From: an uncultured Acidobacteriota bacterium | Lineage (GTDB): Bacteria; Acidobacteriota; Vicinamibacteria; Vicinamibacterales; UBA8438 | NCBI GenBank assembly: GCA_913043225.1 | Contig: CAJWLU010000006.1 | Coordinates: 45,465 to 109,464, forward strand | DNA: 64,000 nucleotides | Reading direction: 5' to 3' | In this document: positions 59,296 to 64,000 of the stretch, piece by piece | How the letters are laid out: every line of letters starts with the position of its first letter | Numbering within the stretch: position 1 is the stretch's first letter | The notes under the pieces: generated by a model | Told to the model about the DNA's origin: nothing | Database searches by the model: none | Seen by the model: the letters and a program-made list of their open reading frames with translations, nothing else | Position numbers and translations under genes: made by a program

Positions 59296-61170
59296 ATGGT
59301 CAGAACCAGTTCTCGCTCGAGACGTGATTTCATGGAGAATGCTGCCCTGCTTGTCGGGGCAGCGGCAGCCAGCGGTTGTTCGCCACAAGAACCGCGACCG
59401 GCCGCGGTCGGCGTGACTGTCGGCGGGTCTGGGCAGCGCGCGACGCCCACCATCCATCCGCATCACAACGACCGCACAAAAGGGTGGTTGCGGTTTCTGT
59501 GGGAGAAGGCCACCACGCCTGACGACTGGAGTTATCGGGGGGACGAAGAACTGCCTTGGGGCATCACTATGGATGCGGCCTCGCAGCGCAGCACGCCGGA
59601 CTTCACCGTTGGTGGTAATGGGCCCCATCCCTGGTGGGACCAGTACAGCGCACTGCCGTACTTGAGCTACCCGCGCTTCGACCTGAGCGATTCGAGCTAT
59701 CCGTTGCTGTTGATGGCCGACCAAACGCCCGCGTGGCGTGAGGTCTATACGCGGATCCTTGATGAATTGGCGACCCGACATACGGCCTATTGGGCCGCCA
59801 TCGATTGGAACAGCTTTATCGGAACGAGTCCGGATCGAGGGAACTATCCGGACGGGATGATGGCCGGATGGCCGGAGCGTCTTCGTGGCAACTACGACCA
59901 CCCCGGTTGGACGGCGAACGGCGTGGAGCCGTGGGGGCTCCAGCCGGACCCGATTGGTGCCGACGGCAACCTATTCTTTCGAGGCTGGTTGAATCTGGTG
60001 CTGGGCATCTATAAGTACGTCTCAGGTGACGACAAGTGGGAGCGCCCTTGGCATATCGCGGGATTCGAGGGGCAACAGTTCGAGTGGACGCAGCCGAGGG
60101 TGGTCGAGCATCTGCAACGTCAGTACACCGAGCGACCAGAGGGCCCGCAGTGCGAGAACACCAAAATCTGGCCGGTGTGTAACAGCGCCGCCGGGCTGGG
60201 AATCTACCTATCGGACCAGCTCGGGGTGACCCGCGCACACGGAGCGTTCGAGAACTGGATCGAGTTCGCGAAAGACAACTACATGGGGTTCAACGAGCGA
60301 AACGAGCTCGAGTGGATAACGGCGTTCTACGATCCGTTGGAGAACTTCAAGCTGAACGGTCCACCTGGGGGGAGTGGCATGCTGGCGTTCTACCTCCTTC
60401 CGCAGTCGCGCGAGATCGGCACCCAGGTCTACGACGCGGCGGCCAACGCCCTGGGCTGGCGCGATCCGCGGCGGGAGATTGGTCCTGACCCGCTGGGATT
60501 GGTCGTTGCAAAGGCGCTGGGTGACCACACGGCGGCGGCCCGGTTGAGCGCCGCGGCGGAGCGCGACAACGAGCCACTGTGGTTTGGTGACGACGGGGAC
60601 CGCTTTGGCTGGGGATTTGGCCTGAACGAACCCTGGCCCCGTGGCCAGGGCACGGCCCGGATGATGGTGTCGGAGATCCAGGAAGGGAGTTGGCTCGACG
60701 CGTTCGAGTGCAAGCACCTGGACAAATACAACGCCCCGACGGTCGAAGGCGTGGAGTATCCGATCGTGGGGGTCGATCAGGCCTGGAACGATCCTGAGAG
60801 CGGGGTACTTCATGTCGGCACCTATGCAGCCGACCGCTCGCGTCGTGGCCAGGACACGAGCTGGACGGTAACGAACCTGCCGAACGCCAGCGATGCGGTC
60901 GTGCTTCAGAACGGCTCGGAGCTGCCGGCAGAAGTCGTTGACTCCGACCGGATTCGCATCCGGACCACGGTCGGCGATTACCGGTACCAGATTTTCACAG
61001 GGTATCGCGGGCAGGCATCGGGGGTGGCGCAGCGAGAGGCGCGCGAAGAGGCGGCCGGTGGCGCCATGTTTGCGACGCCTAGCCGGACCGCCGCCGAGAA
61101 CGCTCAGGCCGCCGAAGCGGTGATGCTGAGTGGATCGGCGAGCTGCCCCTGTTGCGGCGGTTCAGCCTAG
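59296..61170 (+). CDS. Large hypothetical protein with combined twin-arginine leader and lipobox
   Basis: 624-aa ORF. Leader MVRTSSRSRRDFMENAALLVGAAAASGC. Trp/Tyr-rich body. C-terminal tail SGSASCPCCGGSA. No family recognised. Confidence 0.7.
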   Translation: MVRTSSRSRRDFMENAALLVGAAAASGCSPQEPRPAAVGVTVGGSGQRATPTIHPHHNDRTKGWLRFLWEKATTPDDWSYRGDEELPWGITMDAASQRSTPDFTVGGNGPHPWWDQYSALPYLSYPRFDLSDSSYPLLLMADQTPAWREVYTRILDELATRHTAYWAAIDWNSFIGTSPDRGNYPDGMMAGWPERLRGNYDHPGWTANGVEPWGLQPDPIGADGNLFFRGWLNLVLGIYKYVSGDDKWERPWHIAGFEGQQFEWTQPRVVEHLQRQYTERPEGPQCENTKIWPVCNSAAGLGIYLSDQLGVTRAHGAFENWIEFAKDNYMGFNERNELEWITAFYDPLENFKLNGPPGGSGMLAFYLLPQSREIGTQVYDAAANALGWRDPRREIGPDPLGLVVAKALGDHTAAARLSAAAERDNEPLWFGDDGDRFGWGFGLNEPWPRGQGTARMMVSEIQEGSWLDAFECKHLDKYNAPTVEGVEYPIVGVDQAWNDPESGVLHVGTYAADRSRRGQDTSWTVTNLPNASDAVVLQNGSELPAEVVDSDRIRIRTTVGDYRYQIFTGYRGQASGVAQREAREEAAGGAMFATPSRTAAENAQAAEAVMLSGSASCPCCGGSA

Positions 61171-61278
61171 GGCCGGAGTCTGAGCGAGGCTCTGACGAAA
61201 ACCGAGCGAGGCCGTCCGTAGAGGGTGCTGGGTTGCCTTGCGCCCGGGCACCGAGGTGCTCCGCGGCAGGCTCACGAT

Positions 61279-63012
61279 CTAATCGGGCAACGCGAAGACG
61301 AAGAGATTACTCCGGTCGCTCGTGCTGGCCACCACATACTGTTTTCCGTCGACGGAGTAGGTGATCGGGAAGCCGAGTACGGGTGAACCGAGGTTGATTT
61401 CCCAGAGCACGTCGCCGTTGGTCTGATCGAGTGCCTTGAAACGCCCGTTGGCGTCGCCCGCAAACACCAACCCACCGGCGGTGGCCACCACCGCCTGTGT
61501 CCCAGCCTCCTGTTCATACAGCCATGCGGCCTCGCCCGTTTCGGCTGAAATGGCCCAGATGCTTCCTCGGTCGGTCTTGCCCGGCGCTAGCTGGAATCGC
61601 GCTGCGAGCTGATAGAGGGAGAGACGATTCGGATCGGAGTCGGTGGCGAGGACGCGCGCGCACATATTCTGCATCGGCACGTACATCGTATTGGTCTCTG
61701 GGCTGTAGGAGCCGGCTGGCCAGTTCTTGCCTCCGCCCCATCCCGGGCACGAGAGGATCTCCTGGCCCATGCGGGTGAAGGTGACCTCGGCGTTGGGTGT
61801 GACCGCGCCGGTGGCGCCATCGATGTCGGTGATGACGTTCTGCGTGATCGTAGGCGTCGCCCAGAGGAACTCACCGGTTTCGCGGTCAAGGGTGTAGACC
61901 ACGCCGGTCTTCCCGGGAATGCCGGTGACGACCCTTCTGACCTCTCCGGCTTGCAGTCTTGGGTTGATCCAGGCGACGGCTTCAGGGTCGGGTGCCACGG
62001 CTGTGTCCACCAGCATGCGCTCGTAAGGATGATCCAGATCCCAGTGGTCGTTCAGATGCTGGTAGTACCAGCGGATCTCGCCGGTATCGCCCTCGAGTGC
62101 CAGCGTCGAATTGTGGTAGAGGTGCGTGTTTTCCACTCCGCCGAGCATGAATTTCGGGGCCGGAGAGGTTACCGAGGTCCCCACATACACGAGGTCCAAC
62201 TCATGGTCATAGCTTGGCACCATCCAGGAGCCGACGTGGAGCCGCCGCTCGTAGGGCACGCCGCCCCAGGTCTCGTCGCCCGGCTCGCCAGGTGCCGGGA
62301 TCAGACGTCGCCGCCACAGTTCTTCACCAGTGGCAGCGTCATGGGCCACGATGGCGCAGGTTTCCGGACCGCCATTAGGCCGGCAGCTGCGTCCTGAGAT
62401 CACCCGCCCACCGGCGATAATCGGGCCAGCGGTGTGTCGGGTCGGATTGACGTCGTAATCGAAAATCTCGGTTTCCCACGCCAGCTCGCCGGTAACCGCG
62501 TCGACCGCGTAGACATAGCCGTCGTTGCCAGTGTCGATGATGGTGCGGCCATAGATGGCGATGTTTCGATTCACCGACACAAGCCGGGCGCCGCCTAGGA
62601 CATCGGGCGCGTCGTCTGGGATGGGACGGTGATACTCCCACTTGAGGTCGCCGGTGCGGGCGTCAATCGCCTGAAGAATATCGTTCGGGTTCGGGAAGTA
62701 GAGCGTGCCGTCGTAGGCGATCGGTGTCCCTTCCTGTCCACCGTCCCGCAGCGGACGCGTCCACACCAGGCGGAGGTCGTCGACGTTGTTGCGGTTGATC
62801 TCGTCGAGCGGACTAAAGCCCCAGGAATTGGTGGTGCGTCGCCAGGTGAGCCAGTCGCTGGGCGCCGGGTCGTTCAGCACGGCGTCAGTTACCGGGACGA
62901 AGTCGTCGCTGGGCTGTGCCCACGCCGGGTGGACCAGGGTTGAACCAAGAAGGACAGCGGCGACGCCGAGAGAACTTCGACGCGTGCGAGTGCGGGTGAG
63001 CAGCCCCGTCAT
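61279..63012 (-). CDS. PQQ-dependent dehydrogenase, PQQ-7
   Basis: 577-aa ORF. Leader TRTRTRRSSLGVAAVLLGSTLVHPAWAQ. Propeller repeats (AIDARTGDLKWEY, AVDAVTGELAWE, AHDAATGEELW, ALEGDTGEIRWYYQ, TLDRETGEFLW, AISAETGEAAW, ALDQTNGDVLW). DHWDLDHP region. Paralogous to PQQ-2. Confidence 0.88.
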   Translation of the reverse strand: MTGLLTRTRTRRSSLGVAAVLLGSTLVHPAWAQPSDDFVPVTDAVLNDPAPSDWLTWRRTTNSWGFSPLDEINRNNVDDLRLVWTRPLRDGGQEGTPIAYDGTLYFPNPNDILQAIDARTGDLKWEYHRPIPDDAPDVLGGARLVSVNRNIAIYGRTIIDTGNDGYVYAVDAVTGELAWETEIFDYDVNPTRHTAGPIIAGGRVISGRSCRPNGGPETCAIVAHDAATGEELWRRRLIPAPGEPGDETWGGVPYERRLHVGSWMVPSYDHELDLVYVGTSVTSPAPKFMLGGVENTHLYHNSTLALEGDTGEIRWYYQHLNDHWDLDHPYERMLVDTAVAPDPEAVAWINPRLQAGEVRRVVTGIPGKTGVVYTLDRETGEFLWATPTITQNVITDIDGATGAVTPNAEVTFTRMGQEILSCPGWGGGKNWPAGSYSPETNTMYVPMQNMCARVLATDSDPNRLSLYQLAARFQLAPGKTDRGSIWAISAETGEAAWLYEQEAGTQAVVATAGGLVFAGDANGRFKALDQTNGDVLWEINLGSPVLGFPITYSVDGKQYVVASTSDRSNLFVFALPD

Positions 63013-63027
63013 TGAAAGAACCTCCAG

Positions 63028-64000
63028 TTAGGACCCGGCGACGATGCGATAGAGCTTCGACGCGGTCCTGATGAATAGACTGCCGTGAGCGATAGCTGGC
63101 GTGGCCATCGTGAACTCCTCGAGCGAGTTCACGCCTAGTACCTCGAACTCGGTCCCCGGCTTGATGACGTAGGTGTCACCGCCCTCGCTGAGCGCGAAGA
63201 TCTTGTCCCCGTAGACCCAGGGCGAGGCGGTAAAGGCCGCCCCCACCGCAATCCGCACACGGTCGTAGACCTCGGCGCCGGTCGTGGCATCGTGCGCGGT
63301 AAAGAAGCCCCGGTCGTGCACTGTGTAGTAGATACCGTCGTGAATGACTGGTGAGGGGTGGTAGGGCGCCGCCTGCGGGTGCGACCAGGCGATGAACTCG
63401 TTCGACGTTTCGCCGTCGGCCAGACTGATGTCGCCACTGGCACCAGGGCGGATGGCATAGATCGGCCGATGCTGGTCGCCGACGTAGCCGGAACCGAGAT
63501 AGAGCAGTCCGCCGTGGCTGAACGGCATAGGGATGGTGATGGAGGACAGGCCCTCCAAATCCCATAGCATGCTGCCGTCAAGGCTGTAGGAGCGGACCCT
63601 TCCCGCGCCGGTGGTGACGAGCTCGGTGCGGCCATCGTGTTCCCAGATATACGGCGTCGACCAGTTCGAGCCTTCATCGCGCTCGACCCGCCAGACCTCG
63701 GCGCCTGTTTCTGCACTGAGCGCCATGAGATAGGACTGATCTTCACTGTCGTGTACGAGATAGACACGGCCATCGTGGAGAACGGGCGAGGCGCCAGTAC
63801 CCCAGCCGTTGACCATCTGGGCCGACTCGACCTCGCGCGACCACAGCACGTCTCCGTTGAGGTCGAGACAGTAGAGGCCGACATTGCCAAAGTAGACGTA
63901 GAACCGCTCGCCGTCGGTGACCGGCGTTTCCGAGGCGAACGTGTTCTTCAGATGGTGTGAGGTGACAGGGATGCCAGAGCGCACGTTGCGCTCCCATTGA
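63028..64000 (-). CDS. PQQ-like/BamB-like beta-propeller repeat protein, 5' end outside the window
   Basis: The minus-strand frame is open from 63028 to the window edge, with no stop between 63984 and 64000. Repeats GNVGLYCLDLNGDVLW, YLMALSAETGAEVWR, FFTAHDATTGAEVY. Lies 15 nt upstream of PQQ-7 on the same strand. Confidence 0.7.
   Translation of the reverse strand, partial: QWERNVRSGIPVTSHHLKNTFASETPVTDGERFYVYFGNVGLYCLDLNGDVLWSREVESAQMVNGWGTGASPVLHDGRVYLVHDSEDQSYLMALSAETGAEVWRVERDEGSNWSTPYIWEHDGRTELVTTGAGRVRSYSLDGSMLWDLEGLSSITIPMPFSHGGLLYLGSGYVGDQHRPIYAIRPGASGDISLADGETSNEFIAWSHPQAAPYHPSPVIHDGIYYTVHDRGFFTAHDATTGAEVYDRVRIAVGAAFTASPWVYGDKIFALSEGGDTYVIKPGTEFEVLGVNSLEEFTMATPAIAHGSLFIRTASKLYRIVAGS

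Noticed and set aside
1-64000. Scan for tRNA/rRNA, CRISPR repeats, IS elements or inverted terminal repeats, integrases, toxin-antitoxin pairs and defence-system hallmarks.
   Set aside because: I found none by eye. There are no regularly spaced direct repeats, no T-loop-like GGTTCGA(A/G)TCC contexts outside coding text, and no transposase, integrase or phage-like proteins. A covariance-model or HMM scan would be needed to exclude small RNAs.

Overview
64-kb, high-GC (roughly two-thirds G+C by eye) bacterial chromosomal segment. It is densely coding on both strands: about 51 protein genes, short gaps, and many 1-11 nt overlaps. I saw no rRNA, tRNA, CRISPR array, integrase, transposase or phage genes.

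The content is mostly exported enzymes. About three quarters of the proteins begin with a Sec signal peptide, a twin-arginine leader or a lipobox.

Dominant theme:
- Seven 8-bladed PQQ-dependent dehydrogenases, with lower coordinates 2735, 23430, 26526, 34289, 37065, 55744 and 61279.
- One sGDH-type PQQ sugar dehydrogenase (46315) and a PQQ-like propeller cut by the window edge (63028).
- These are interleaved with periplasmic hydrolases: 2 amidases, an amidohydrolase, 2 epoxide-hydrolase-type alpha/beta hydrolases, a dienelactone hydrolase, 2 esterases, an MBL hydrolase and a 5'-nucleotidase.
- Other beta-propellers are also present (NHL, YVTN, SMP-30-like).
- No pqqABCDE genes lie in the window.

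Most noteworthy:
(i) A family of exported ~330-aa proteins of unknown function with an invariant C-terminal (F/Y)EYACHEGNYG motif. There are four intact paralogs plus one decayed copy.
(ii) Two of those paralogs sit directly upstream of two paralogous PQQ dehydrogenases that carry a C-terminal amicyanin-like cupredoxin domain (His-Cys-His kept, axial Met replaced by Ala/Thr). I cannot match this repeated two-gene cassette to any characterised system.
(iii) A thioredoxin-fold/DsbD-N-like protein has an in-frame TGA at the redox Cys position and a SECIS-like hairpin. It is probably a selenoprotein that the ORF track splits in two.
(iv) A stand-alone tandem PARP-type zinc-finger protein is translationally coupled to (iii).
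(v) There are several gene remnants (XRE HTH, cytochrome c, EYACHEGNYG family, a nonsense codon in an SRPBCC gene) and no intact transcription factor.

All functional calls come from motif recognition by eye, without database searches.
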